Origin: Octopus sinensis
Lineage: Eukaryota
Direction of reading: 5' to 3'
Length of the DNA: 64,000 nucleotides
Assembly (NCBI RefSeq): GCF_006345805.1
Contig: NC_043002.1
Coordinates: 42,408,001 to 42,472,000 of the forward strand
Under the pieces are notes generated by a model, which was not told the DNA's origin, searched no databases, and was given only the letters and a program-made list of their open reading frames with translations. Shown piece after piece: positions 37,797 through 51,964 of the stretch (positions are counted from its first letter, which is position 1; every line of letters begins with the position of its first letter). The position numbers and the translations under genes were made by a program.

Positions 37797-40700
37797 CATA
37801 AGTTATAATTAAACCATGAATTAATAACTTTTGCAGTGTGATGTAAATTAGTCTAATATGTCATGCAAAAGGGTCTTGCTTGACATGATAAATTTGTTTT
37901 CCTCATGACAAACATTAGTGTCATAAGAAATTATAATTTCACTGTGAGACCTTTTTGCTTTTACTATTAGCTACTAATAGTCCATCACTAGTTTCTTCAG
38001 ATTCTGTTATTTCACCTTGAAATGATAAATCTCACATTGCTAGTCTTGTGTTGGCTATCTAGTTAGGTTTTCTATTATAGGCCCAAGTGTTTCTTTATGG
38101 TGAAACTAATTCTTGTGTAGATATATCAACCCTATTATGCTGTGTTCCTGGTATAGCGGGAATAGCCTAAATGTAATCTCTACCAGAGTCCCAATGAACA
38201 ACACACATAGAAAAAGAAGAAAGAATGCTAAAATTGGACAATCGATCATGTTGCGATTTTCTATTCAAGTGAGTGTATGACTTGTTGATAATGATGTCTC
38301 TCTTTGCTGTTGTTTACTTTTGTTTTTAATTTCTAAAATATGGATTTTTGCAATGAAACATGTGATAAACCCAGTACTTTGGTAAATGAGCAAGGCCTAG
38401 ACTTTTTGCATTTGAGGAAATTATTGATGTTTATTCTTTGGGTGAAGAGTTTACCCTTATGCAGACAATGAGAGTAATTCAGACAATTAAACTGGTGAAA
38501 ATGATGAGGAAAATAGCGATTCAGGTGAACAAATACAGTAGTTGAGAGATAGGCTTATTATTGTTATTCTCTTGAATTTTTGTGTTTCTGTTCATTAGTT
38601 TGCCTGCAATCATTAGTCGTCAGCTGTGTATCCAACTATTTATTTTACAGGCCCAGATCTGAGAGGGTTAAGTGTTGATTCACAAGCTCATTTTGTCTTG
38701 GGTAATTTTCATCACTTGATCTATATCAGTTATAATCGGGTAAGGATGTATCTAACCAAATGAAATTGGTCAAATAAAATGATGATGATGATAATCTTAA
38801 ATTACTTAATTTTAGAATGTTAAAAATAGTCTCCTGTTTATGTAGCTAAACACTTTTTTACTTTATTATAGGAATGGTAAATTTGATTGGGTGTATCCTT
38901 CACTTGTTCAGGAAGCCTCATTCATAGATTATACATAGAACAGGAGAATGTTGATAATAAATCAAATATGATTGAGTTGTACAATGGGGATTTATAATAT
39001 GTACTTCTTGCATAAGAGTAGATAGACATGCACACACACCCATTCTTTTGTTGCAATTATGATTGCTGGTTGATACTTTCATATGTTCGTAATTGTTATG
39101 GTCGACATAAAGATATTTTTTTGGATTATATCAGTTGTTTAATAGTTTCTGGAGTTTGTGTGTATGTGCTGAGATATCATTGATTATTAACATTTTATTC
39201 CAGTCCATCCATTCTCAATAGCTAAGCACGGCTTACTGTTTAGTTATGTATCCATTTGAGCTCTACTTTCCTTCATTGATCCATGGCTACATTGCTTGCT
39301 GTCTTATTAGTTCATTCCATTTGGCCATATCATCTTTCTATATCTGCATTAACTATCTTATGTCAGCTAATAGTGTAGTCCAACACCAAACTCTTTTGCT
39401 CTTTTCACAGTGGACTTGTTTCATAGCCAATATCGTTGATTATCATTAAATTGGTGTTAGGAAAGATTTTAGATTTATAATATTTGGCTATGCCACCTAA
39501 CACCTCACACATTCACACCTACATGCACACATAGGTTAAATGTTAAACAAGAAAGAACTCAGTTAAAAACTGCCATTTCAATAAATATATTCAAAAGTTA
39601 TGCTGAAGAATAATCCAACCCTCAAATGTGTGTGTGTGTTAATTAGTATAAAAAACTTAGAGAGCCAAATAGTATTAAACCTTCCAGCAGGAGCCAAACC
39701 CAGCTTCTCTTGCTGATTGGATAAACATACTAACCATTGCAGTTGATAATATTGTCATGTTCAGATTGAGCATACAGATGTTTATCTGTAAAGCAGTAAG
39801 TACCTATTCATGGATACATAAGTCATAGAATGTTCTTTAGTAAGTTAAGTCATGCAAAATTAAGTAAATTGCACCAATACAAAATACGAGAGGATAACAT
39901 TTTATAATATCTTCTAATGGTGGTCTGGACACAAACTTCAGTGAAATAGTCAACAATAAATTATAGTTTTCTTTCTACCTTTTCATCTTTAATTACCTAT
40001 TCACAATTAATGTTTTGTTATATATACATGTAGCCAATGACAACTAAGACTTTAATCCCATTATGCCAGTATCATGTAGCCCCAGATATTATCATTGCTA
40101 TTTTATATATACGAAACTACCAGTTTCATAGAATTATTCCCAAATAGACACACAGACTCCCACACACAATTTTCATGCATCAGATACGTTCAAACATTAA
40201 GTACACTTTTTTTTTATGAAATAAATACATTACATGTATGTGTGGATTTGTTGACTAACATTCTTAGTTTGTGTGTGCTTGTGTGAATATATGTTTATTA
40301 GTGTATGTTATGTACTCACATACACACAAACACACATGCATAAATATGAACCAAAACAAACAAATCTCCTTTCTTACTGGTAAAATTAAAGCTTCTGATT
40401 TGACTGCTGTAAGTTGACAAGTCTCTTTGGTGTACTGATTGCTATTGTAGACATTTGGCTTACAGTTGATTCATGGTTTGATACCTGTTAATGACTCTAC
40501 ACTTTTAACATACGCAAGCCTACGCATGCACACACACACACACACACAATATCTACATTTATATATTTTTTTAAGCATCAATAGTGTATGCCCATCAGAT
40601 GAAGGCATTTGCTAACAGTGCCTAAGTAATAATCACAAACACCACATAACAATTATTAATCTCATTTCTTCCTTTTTACAAAAGAACTTGGATTCTCATC

Positions 40701-40803
40701 TTTGCATTATATCCTCCCAGTCAAAATTATTCATGCTATTCCTCTCCTGGTAAGCACTGGGAGTTCTAGATGTCTTCACCAGAGTTACAGTGTGAAACCT
40801 TTT

Positions 40804-41008
40804 TTATCCCTTTAGCATTTAAATTAGCCATATCTGGCTAATGTTCTCTCTGTTTTATAACCAAACTGGTTTGATCCACCCTCTCATAACTAAAAATAAA
40901 TAATCATATTGAAATCTCAAAGGTATGTGATAATGAATGTTTAATCTCAAACAATGTGAATAAATAAGCATTACATTTGACAGATCAATTTGAATGCTAA
41001 AGGGTTAT
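40804..41008 (+). mobile_element. piggyBac-like MITE
   Basis: Perfect 12-bp TIRs CCCTTTAGCATT / AATGCTAAAGGG, flanked by TTAT on both sides (40804-07 and 41005-08). Confidence 0.8.
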
Positions 41009-41169
41009 GTTGAATTATTACTAGATTTCTGCTTTTAATATAATTTTTATTTCAGTGCTTACATTTGATACATAATGTTTTTTCTACTAACCAAAATAGT
41101 TATTGCTATAATTAATTTTTTTTTTACTCTCTTGAAAGTATCATATATCTTTCTTTATACTTAACCAGA

Positions 41170-41530
41170 TGCTTATCTTTCAACTGGATGTGTCTAAAAT
41201 TCGTAATGTTAAATCTTACTGTAAATGTAGAGAATGTGCAGAGAATGGCGTGTTGGATATGAAGTGTTAATTTGTAAAAAAAGATTGAGAACAAATGAGT
41301 TGTGAAAAAGTCGAGTATCAATGACATTAGCTATCTACAGAAGAGAATCACTGCATTAGTGGGAACAAAATGCAATAGAGGGTAATTGGGTGAGGGAATA
41401 TCTTCAGTAGATAGACTAAGGTTTTGTGAATTGTATGTCTTGTGTGAAAATATTGGTTTTCACAAAGTTTCCAAGAGTAGCACAGAAAGCATATTTTTTA
41501 AATGATAAGATTGGATTGTGAACAAAGTAA
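41170..41530 (+). mobile_element. RTE LINE 3' fragment
   Basis: Decayed RMACWI.SVNL..RLRTNEL..K segment matching the RTE C-terminus seen in other copies. Confidence 0.45.
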
Positions 41531-42146
41531 CGCAATTATTTTGTCAAACATTATTGAGCATTTTGCATTCATATCTATCTACCTATGTATGTATACATAT
41601 ATAAATATGTCTCAGTATAGAATTTCTGGAATGTATATGAGTCCATTTTTATCTGATTTCTAACTGAAGAGACAAAATCCATTTGTTTGAATAAATTCAG
41701 TTGAGTGCTGAATTGTTTGTAATCATTATATATTGAATAAGGAATATTTTTAGTAACTTTTTCATTTTATATTTACTTTAAACTATAATATCATTTGTAT
41801 TAGATATCCTTCTTTTTTAACTGTGATTTGATAACAGACCTAAATATAAACTTTTCTACAGAAATATTTCTGTAGCTGGTTGTCTCAATATCTATTTATT
41901 CCAGTTCACACCTATAGTTTTTATGACAAGCTAAGATAGTTATAATCTAATTCATGTTCACCTTGTCAAAAGTAACCTAATTTCACATGCAAATATTTTA
42001 CTTCATTTATTAGACACATGCACACACACACACATGCATGCTACACTAATATTATGTATCTGAAAGTGTAGGTTTTTCATGTTACCTCTGTAACTACATT
42101 TTCATTTCCACATGTGATCCCAGATCAGATCTTTTTCTTAAAATAT

Positions 42147-42379
42147 TTAATCCTTTCATAATCACATTTCTCTTGAAATACATTGTTTTTGTTTCAATTA
42201 ATTTTGAAAATACTGAAGAATTTAGTATAAAATAAACTATTGTTATTAACCTAGTTTTTGGAACAAATTAACTTGAAAGTCTGATGAAAGGTTTTAATTT
42301 AGATCACTATAAAACAGGAAGTTTTGTATTATAGAACCAAGGAAGAGTAGTCTCAAGCAGGCTGGTATCAAATGGTTAA
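42147..42379 (-). mobile_element. Older piggyBac-like MITE (family of 60179-60406)
   Basis: TTAA at both ends with decayed TIRs; internal sequence is collinear with the reverse complement of 60179-60406. Confidence 0.65.
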
Positions 42380-43310
42380 AGATGTGTGTTTGTATTTGTC
42401 TATACTTCTGCCTGCATGTTCTCTTAGCAACACACATATTCCATTGTCCATTTACTTTTACTTATCTCTTCATTTTCCTTATTAATTCCTGTATCTATCA
42501 GTAACTTTTCTCCTTGAACTCTTTTACTTCGTTTTTTTTTTTTTATGTACCCCATTGTTCTTGTTCTTCCTGCTAATCCTGTAGCAGGATGTGTGTGTGT
42601 GTGCGCGCATAGCAGGAGTTTGGGTTTTTTGGCATTACACATGCACACACACTTATAAAGTGTGTGTGTGCGTGTGTAATGGAACTTCCTGTATATTTAA
42701 TAAAATGAAAAGGAAAGAAAAACAGCTTTACAAATAGTGTAGAAAATAAAATAATAAACTACATTGCTTTTGTTATTTAGAAATCATGAATAGATCTTAA
42801 GTATTACACTCTCTTCACCTCCTTTTCTGCTTAAAGGTAAGAAATATATCATTACATCTTTTCTTTCTTGTGACCCAACAGCTATCTGACATGCAGACAT
42901 ACTACTGTGGATACAGTTGTCTTCCTTTCACTCTATCCTCACCTCCTTTCAGCTTTTTATAAAGACAAAAAAAGCTTTCATTGTTTTAGTTATCATTAAA
43001 GCAATCAGGAAAAAAAAACTAATGCAAAATTCTATTAGTTCCCATTTAGCCTGAATGTATGATTCTTTGTATTTTTTATTAGTGGTAGATGGTATGTGAG
43101 AGAGAGAGAGAGAGAGAACTCCCTTCTCTATGAAGCAAAGCTTCTGCTGCTGCTTGTCAACCATCTCCTGTCTGATCATTGTTTTAAAATTTCATCCAGG
43201 AATCTTTTATATACATTGATTATGCTTGACTTATAATGTTTTATTCTTATATTCCTTTCTTTCACCTCGAAGCCTCATCTTTATTCTCTCTCCTTTCCAT
43301 ACATTTTATT

Positions 43311-43640
43311 ATCATCATCATCATCAGTTAACATCCATGTTACATGTTGGTATGATTTAGGTGATATAACAGGATCTGAGGAGTGCAAGGACTGCATCAT
43401 GCTCAAGTGGTTGATCTGACATGGCTTCTGTGCCTGGATGCCATTTCTAATGCCAACCACTTTACAGTGTGTACTGGGTGCTTTTGTCTATTGTACCATC
43501 ACAAGTGAGCTCACCAAGTAACTAAAAAATACAAGATCCCTTAACTGAGTGAGTGTGTAGTATTGAGGGAAAGTGCCTTATGCCACATATTGAGAGAGCT
43601 TAAAATATGATAGAGGGACAGGTGCAAGATTGGTGGTGCT
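43311..43640 (-). mobile_element. Family-D-like RTE-tail retroposon
   Basis: (CAT)n-ttaacatccatg...ggatgccatttctaatgccaaccactttacagtgtgtactgggtgctttt. Confidence 0.65.
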
Positions 43641-44269
43641 GAAGGGTCAGGGCCTACACTCAAAGTACTAAAAGGAGAGTAAGAGAAAATATGGACAGGG
43701 AAAAGAGGGTGGGTAAACTTGCAGCAGTGTGAAAGGCAAGTGATGAATGGTTAGAGATAGTGAAAAAAATTGTCAGTGATGAATGTCACTTTGAGCTAAG
43801 GTGAAAAAAATAGGAGTGCACCAAGGAAGAGGTAATAAATGACAGAACAAAGGAAAGGGTGAAGGGAAGAGTAGCAGTATAATAAAACCATAGATATATA
43901 AAAAATAGGGAAATGATTTGAAGTGTGGGTGAGAGAGGGATGCACAGTGACCAAGACAAGAGGTCAGCAGAATATAGGGATGGAGGGCATCAAAGACATG
44001 TGAGTGTTCAAAGAAAGAGGGATTCAGTGGAAAATAAAGCTGTATGGCATTGTACTAAAAATGCAGGATGGATGACAAAAGGAAGTGGTTCTAAGGAAGG
44101 ATAACTGATGGCACATAGAAAACTGATGATAGGATGCTTTAGAGGAAGGATTGAGAAGGACAAATTGGGTGTTGGTGCATTGACATAAGCAATATGCTAT
44201 TAGCACCTCATTATTGCTGAGATGGTTGGGTCTTCTCAAGTACTGCATGTTGCTAATCATCTATTTCAT

Positions 44270-45590
44270 TTGTACCAACATCCTGAGATTCATCTCAACT
44301 GCTTCATTCCACATCTTGGGTTCTCTCTTTCACAGGTTCCATCTGCATTTATTGGTAGGTATTTAGTTACACAGCTGTCCACATCCATCTGCATCATGTG
44401 ACCATACCAGTGCAATCTTTTCTCTTGCACACTACATCTCATTCCTTTTTCACTTAGTTTTTGTCTCAACCTGCTTGCATTGCACATCCAGTGTAACATG
44501 TTAGTTTCACTTCTTTCTCATCTTCACATGTCCTCTGCATTTACAGCTCATGTTTCACTTCCATGTAGCATTATTGTTCATACATAGGCATCATACAATT
44601 TGCTTTCAACTCTGAGAGGCATTTTGTTATCAACCGAGACAATAGCTCTCTCAACTTTCTTCAGCCCATTTTTATTCCTAGCAACTATACTTTCAGAACA
44701 TCCTGCTTCACGGCCAGTTAAGTCAGCTAGGAAATAAAAATTATCCACAGCCTTTAAGGATCTTCCTAGGTATTCTAGAAAATCTATTTCTTGTATGTTC
44801 TTAGTGTTTATTGCTCCTATGCCTCTATCACACAGTCTGCTTTTTCTGTTAACCTTCCTGTGAGTCCACTGTTCTTCTTATGTATCCATAGTTTCTACCT
44901 ACACCTTTTCTACATATTGAACAGGGCCATTTGCCTGAGGGATTAGCATCTTGTCTGTTTACCTGCTAAGTTAGCAGGACTTTTGGCTTTGCTAAGTGAA
45001 CTTTCAGGCCCTTTGATTCCAGGTTTTACTTCCACACTTGGGATTTCATTTCTAATTCTTAGATTCAGCTATAAGAACAAGTTCATCCTCATAAAGGAGC
45101 TCCCATGGGAAACCATTCTTAAACTCCTTTGTTGTGGCCTGAAGGACTGATAAATGAGTGACTTGGTGAATTTCTACTTGCACATTAAATTCGTTGCTGT
45201 ATTGCTAACTCTTACATTCTGACAGCACCTCTTCACATAGTTTGAACAACCGTTACCAGACATTCATATACTCCAAGCTTCCACAGTAATCACCAGATCA
45301 GGGAGTGAGGGACCTTGTCAAAGATTTTTTCCAGGTTGACGAGTGCCAAGTAAAGAGTTTTACTTTTGCCAAGTAAAGAGTTTTCCTTGCAGTTGTCTTA
45401 TTAGAAAGAGATCATCAGTAATACAAACCCAAACTTTATCTCATCTTGTCTAACTCACTCCCTAATTATTTGAACCACAACTTTTTTTGTAGCTTTCATA
45501 ACTTGGTCCAGAAATTCAATACCTTTGTAATTACTTCTCTCTAATGTATCTCCTTCACCTTAATAGCAACTGACTATAATGCTGCTACAC
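44270..45590 (-). mobile_element. Decayed RTE-clade LINE (RT domain and C-terminus)
   Basis: Minus strand, in order: RSNYKGIEFLDQVMK, VNLEKIFDKVP, PWELLYEDELVL (decayed YADD motif, ~45070-45110), KWPCSIC, and LHWMCN..LRQKL..SVQEKRLHWYGH (ORF 44290-44499). Confidence 0.9.
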
Positions 45591-46719
45591 CATGGCAGAG
45601 TCATTGGAGTGTTAGACAAAATGCCTTGCAATATTTTTTCAGTTTTGTATGTTCTGATGCAACATACAAGTTCAATGTTAGATTTTCTAGTAAACTTTAC
45701 TACTATGATAACCTTCCTAGGTTATATTGTAGAATTTGTCAAAGAGCTGTAGAATATATGATATTTAATAGTTAGTTGTTACTTTTGTTAGTGATGAGTG
45801 GTTTTCCTCTGCACAGAGAGCAGATTGTTTGAAGCGCAGTAAGGAGTATTATTGTAGTTTAGTCCTAGGTCATCTCTGACTGAAAAGGCTCATAATAAAA
45901 GAATTCTAGCCATGACCATCCCATCTTTTAGACAGTTTATCTCAAAGAGTAGCTAATCATATTTTGCTTTACAAACTTCAGTTCCACACTTATTTATGTG
46001 AAGAAGTATAAATAGCTATGGGCCACTCCATTTATTTAAATGTGCATAGAATAAAGAAAACAAAAACAAAAGCTTTTTGAAGTAATCAGTTTTAGATGTA
46101 AGATACTGTGATGAATTTGTGGCTTAATAACCAGCTTACAGCTGTGTGAATATACACTCAGAAACACACACACACACACACACACAAACGTGAGTGAGGC
46201 AAACATACACATTGTGGTGGATGTGGGCATTATTTTGATGGGTTTCTATCTCTTAAATGGATTCAATTAAGAGAACAAATGACTTCTTGTGAGTAATGTT
46301 AAGCTGAAGACTATCCTTTGATAAAATTGAGGACCTGAAAAAAATACTAATGAGTAACCTTAACCTGCTAACAGTCTGGGTATTTATCCTCCTTCCTTTG
46401 AAATCCCCTTCAGCCCTGCTGTTGTGACATTTATCTCATTAACAGCAGCAGGCCTATAAACATTTATAATCTACATTAGAACTCCAGTCATCCATTTATT
46501 TATTATATATTTTATCTGTCTTTGTGAAAATTTTAGTTTCATTTATTCTAAGTCATGTATATTATCTTCTTTCCACCCTCTTTTTTTCCTCCATGTGTGT
46601 ATGAGGTTTATTTATCAGAAAAGGTTTTCTAGATACTTTTTTCTGTTCATAACATTGTCCAGCAGTTTTTAAGCAATGAAATTCTTTAAAAGATATTTGT
46701 TTAGATTGTTCTTGTTGGT

Positions 46720-46890
46720 GTAAGCACACACAACAGGCTTCCACACAGTTTCTATCTGTTCACAAGGCATTGGTTGGCTTGGGGTTATATGCAGTAGAAG
46801 ACACTTGCCCAAAGTGTGTTGTGCTGTGGATCTGAAGATAAAACCATGAGGCTGCAAAGTGGGCTCCTTAAACATACAGCCATGCCTGCA
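46720..46890 (-). mobile_element. Family-A SINE 5' fragment
   Basis: cacaaggcattggttggc...agaagacacttgcccaaagtg...aaacatacagccatgcctgca. Confidence 0.7.
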
Positions 46891-49800
46891 CAATATAATA
46901 TATATGTATATGCAGCTACCTTGTAATGGTAATTTACCCATTATTTCTGCTGTTCTAATGGCAATGTTGTGTCTGAAAAAAAATCACCTTGTTTGTATCG
47001 TACAATGCACATTTCGATGCTTCTAATAAAAACAAATGTAAGTACATGTGATATATATATATATTGTTTCAGAATAAATTTATAGATCTCAACCGACATT
47101 GAATATGCACATCTATCTTACACATATTAGATAGTTACAAATAACTGAGGCATGAATTAACAAAAAATAGAGATAAATGTACACATGTTTACTATTGCAT
47201 ATGTGACCAACTGAGATCAGCATAAAATAAGGAAATACAAAAGTAATGATGATAATTCTTTTATAGTATGTATATGCTCTTGATAGAAGAGCACATGACT
47301 CAGCAATATCAGATTTGAGAAACATTTGATCCTTCATTGCAAGGACTCAGATTATTACTTTCATGTTGCTAATTTATGCTTAGTCTGTGATTTTGAATTA
47401 CCAAATTCCATCACAGCTTGGCTAAGTATGTTTAAATGTTTATTAAATTCATATGTTAAATGTTTCTTTAATATTTCTGTTTGCTTTTTATAAAAGCAAC
47501 ACCACTGCCTTAGCCAAAAACAATTTTTATAAAGGTGTGTACATTTAAATACAGAAATATATTTCAAGCTCCATCAAAGCTGATGAAGATTTTGATAAGA
47601 ATCAAATTCAGATGTTGACTAGGAGCTCTCTCTTTAAAATGGGTGTTTAACTTCAAAATTCCTTTATTACATGGCTAAATTGTGTATGCATGTGTGTGCA
47701 TGCACATACACTATCTTTGGACATGTTATGTTTCTAGAGGCCACACATTCATAAAAAAATATGTTCTTGTGTGTCATCTTTCATCAGCAGATGGCAAAAA
47801 ATGTGTGATGTGAGATAAAAACCTGTTTTTTTTTTTATTCTAGCAAATATGGAAAGCAAAACTAGAAAAAGTAGATAGCCAAAGCATCTATGGTTCAAAT
47901 AAAATCTCTCTTTGTGTAGAATTTTTACTTTCAGATTAACAATGAAAATAAAATTTAGAATAAAAAAAAGGAGTTTTTATGCTATGAAAATTAATAATCA
48001 ATGTACTCTGGTAAAGTTTTACATGAAGAAATATTTTCATTGCACTATACTTGCAAGATATTTTTAATTTATCTACGCACACACATACATACTTAGTGAG
48101 AGAAGAGAGAAAATTTATGGCTGAGAGTATGACCCTTTTATTTGAATAATATTTTATTATCATGGACATCATAAGTATTAAAAATGAATATTTCAAATAT
48201 ATAGCCTGTTTAGTTTATATTAAATACCTTTAGCAGCCTTGTGATTGCTCATATTTAATATGTGGGGAGGAATGCTTGGATGGGTTTTGAAAATTTGAGT
48301 TTTTACAAATAAGTTGGAGGTTTTGCCAATTATGTTTTTTTATTATTTATTTTATTTTTATTTTCTTAATTTTATTTATTTATTTATTTATTTTTATTTT
48401 GCTAACTATAACTGACTATCTTCAGCAATCACCAGAGCAGAAAATGTTTTGGGCTGAATTTGAACTTGTAACCTTTCAGTTAATTGACAAGCATCTTTAC
48501 CAATCATTATTCTTGGTAACCGATACTCCACATGTAGTCTTAATAAGATTATTTTAAAATCTTGTTAAAGTGTTAAATGTAAGGTGCTAATATGTTCTTA
48601 CAGTATTTTAAACTTGCTGTGTCTTTTTGATTAGTTCAAGTTCATTGAGCTATTTGTGTGTGTCTTGACCTCTGGTTGACTGAGGTCATAAATTTAGATC
48701 TTACTATAGTATATTGTATTTTGTTTCATTGTGAAGTAGTTAGTAGTAGTACAGTCACCCTGTTGTAAAACAATTGCCTCCACAAATAAATTATCCCACC
48801 CATGTGAACATGGAAAAAATGGTTGTCAAAAAGTTGTATGTATGATATTGCTGAGATTCATGGATTCATTTCTTAAATAGAAGCCAACTTCTAAACCATA
48901 GTAGAGAATTGAATACATAAAGATATATATATATATTCAGTCTCCCAGCACAACAAGCAACGCAGGTATATTACCATGTTTCTAAGTTATGATTATTGAT
49001 GGGGCATTAGTCAATCTATCTAATAACTTTTAACTCAGTATGTTCACAGTTTAAGCATTAAACCTTAACTTAGCAGCAAAGCTGTTTAGGTTGTCATATA
49101 TTTATTTATTTATACATTTGTTTTGTTCTTATTTGTACATTCACTTGTCTGTTATTGATATTAGTTTTGTGCATCTGAGCTGATGCCCTAGCAATATTTC
49201 ATTTAAACAGTTTAATCTACTTATAATTTTTTTTGTTTTTGTTAGTCTCCTTTGTTTCTGTAGTGTGATGTGTTTCATCTTTTAACACCTTGTAAAAATA
49301 GTTCATGATAAAAATATATTTGTGAGGTTGTTACCCTGACATGTTACCATTGAGCCAAACAGCATTAAAATAAATCAAATTGTGAAAATATGGTAAATAT
49401 AAAAGTCATTGTGACAATGTACTCTCCTGTTGGAGAATGGCAACACAAGCATTTTTTAAAATTAATTTTTAATATTAATTTGAAATTAATTTTTCATAGA
49501 ATTGGTATTCTATTATTATGAGTTAGCATACTAGTTTACCTTGGATTTATTTGGTTAGATTCTTCCTGCCACTCTTTATAAAAAAATTTACAAAAATTTG
49601 TGATTGATTGAACGTAAAATTTATTCTTTAGGAATGCTTTTAAATGTATTCTATTAATCACTACCTTGTAATGAGAGCAATTTCTTTTTCTTAGAGGGAG
49701 GTTATTTGTATATCCTTAATCTGGAATATTTTAAGGCAATCAGGTTTTGCAATTAATATTTTAACAAACTCCCTTGTATTTACTCTTCTTCTATCCACCA

Positions 49801-50759
49801 CTCATTTTACAAATTTCCTGTCTAAATACTTAGCTGTCACTTCCTGCATTTTACTGTTGATTACAGTTCCTTTCTGGCTTAGTTATTGTATTTGAATAGT
49901 TTCTACTAGAGATAGGTATCCAGTTCTGTTCCATAGAGCTGGTTAATCAGTATATGTCAATTATGTTCAGGATGTGGTATTTATTTTGCTCACTTATATC
50001 TGATACTGATCCTTTTTGAATTCTTTTGCTCAGACTAATTCAGTTTCTTGCTCTTAAGGAAATATATTTGTTTTTACTTTGAGGCTACATTAGTTCCATT
50101 TCATCTTATTCTCTCTTGTTTTATCTTTCCACATTTGTTACAATGAATTGATTTACACACTTTTAATGATTTTCCTAACGTAAAATATAAAATTTAGCTT
50201 CATATATGTTTTTGTGTATTCTTTTTTTTCTTTCTAACTTCTATCTGTGCGTAGAATTTAGTTTCTATGATAAAAATCCAATAGAAAATCCTTTAACTGA
50301 AAAGATTTTGCAGCTTTCTCTAACAGCTGTGAAATGTTTGAATCAACAATTCAAGCTCATTGAGATATTGAAGACAATTTGACATTTAACCTTTTGTATT
50401 TTGCCATTGACTATAAAGGCAAATATCTCACTGTTTTGTTATAGATGGTTGATCTTTGTCTTAAGTGAATAATTTAACCAAAACTGAAGTCAAAATGGAA
50501 AATATCCTATTATAGGCAAATCCTTCCAATGTAGAAAAAAATGTTTCATCTGACTGAGCTTTTTGTGTTTTCTTTTTGATTTTATGTGAAAAAAAATTGT
50601 TACAATAAATGTAAATTTATAACTTAAGCAAAATGAATTAACATATTTTTACTTTGGTTGAAATCTTAGACAGTTTTTAAAGTGTTCTTTATAATGTATC
50701 TTTACTATCTAAAATAGTTAAGTTTGTGTTATATGAGGAATCTGTACACCCCTGTGATT

Positions 50760-50970
50760 GGCTTAGAACTATACTAGTAGTATAAATGAGCATGTGCAGA
50801 ACGGTCTGGGAAAAGTGTTATATGTGCTATCATAGGAATTATTGGATAAAGATATGGAGTGCTTGTTGAAGATACATAGTTGGAGAATAATAAGAAAACA
50901 TCAGGAACGTTTGATATAACAGTTCAGATATAACAGTGATGACGAGAAGTCATATGTCATATCAGTTTGC
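50760..50970 (+). mobile_element. Mariner-type transposase relic
   Basis: LGKVLYVLS*EL (decayed WVPHEL) followed at mariner-like spacing by IT/DDEK (decayed IVTGDEKW) near 50930-50950. Confidence 0.4.
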
Positions 50971-51964
50971 TTATTGTCCATATAACTTTGGTATAAGCAG
51001 TATGTTTGTTGTTTTGATGTGTATTGTTTATCAGATAAAACTAACATTTTAAGTGTTCTAATAAACTATCATTAGAGGAGTACTGGCTCATTAATTAGAT
51101 CCTTTCATATGAAATACATACGCATGTGACATCTCTTCCAGTGAGAGCTTTGATTTCTTCTGAACTTTAGCTTAAAAAGTGGCAATTAGACTGACTGGAT
51201 GTATGTCAGAGGATAGCTTAGTTTTAACTCTCAGTTGCAATGGCATCATGAAGCATAAACCTCATATTCCTGTTTTTCACCACTTCCTATAACTTTTAGG
51301 CATCGTATCTAATTAAGAAATCATTTAATAGGATATATGAATATTTTTTTTAATAATCAGTTTCCATAGTGATATTAGGAAATGAAATGCCAGAGGTGTA
51401 TATCTGTAATATTATATGTTAACTGAGTATGCAAAGAATTGGGTTAGATTTTTAGGTTTCATTAGTTGATTGCTCTAGGCTACAGAGAGAACTTCAAAAT
51501 TCAGGAGAAAGTCAATTAAGTTCCCAAATAGTTGTCTGATTACAGCAGTAGCTTCAGTTATTTTACTATTAAATTAAGTCCATTTCCATTGGTATTTCAT
51601 CTTTATCTTTCTATGAACAGTAGTGTTGTTGGTTATAAGATTCGTGTTGGCCAGTCATTGTTTTGCTGTATTTATGATAGTAAAGAGTGATTGAATTATT
51701 TATACAAAAATATCACAATATTTTTGCTGAAAAAGATTTGGTTCATTGGTTTTTCACTGTGGTGTTTACATCTCTCACTTCTATATATACATAGGCCTAT
51801 GTATATTCCAGTTTTTAGAATCGGTATACTATATCCCTGCGTGTGTAAGAGGCAACTAAAATAGTTGGTACCAAGAAAGGCATCTAGTTATGAAGCATTG
51901 TTTCAAAATATCTCTCCCAGTTCATACTAACATAGAAAAGCAGTTATAAAACAATGGCACTATA

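Noticed and set aside
40596-40630. CAGATGA-AGGCA...TGCCT hairpin resembling a hammerhead
   Set aside because: Both core boxes are mutated; too degenerate to support.
41662-41702. AACTGAA/TTCAGTT hairpin containing CTGAAGA
   Set aside because: The core is sequestered in a simple hairpin, which is too short and imperfect for a pre-miRNA or hammerhead.
42281-42320. CTGATGA hammerhead core
   Set aside because: Lies inside a piggyBac-like MITE; no stem II or paired GAAA.
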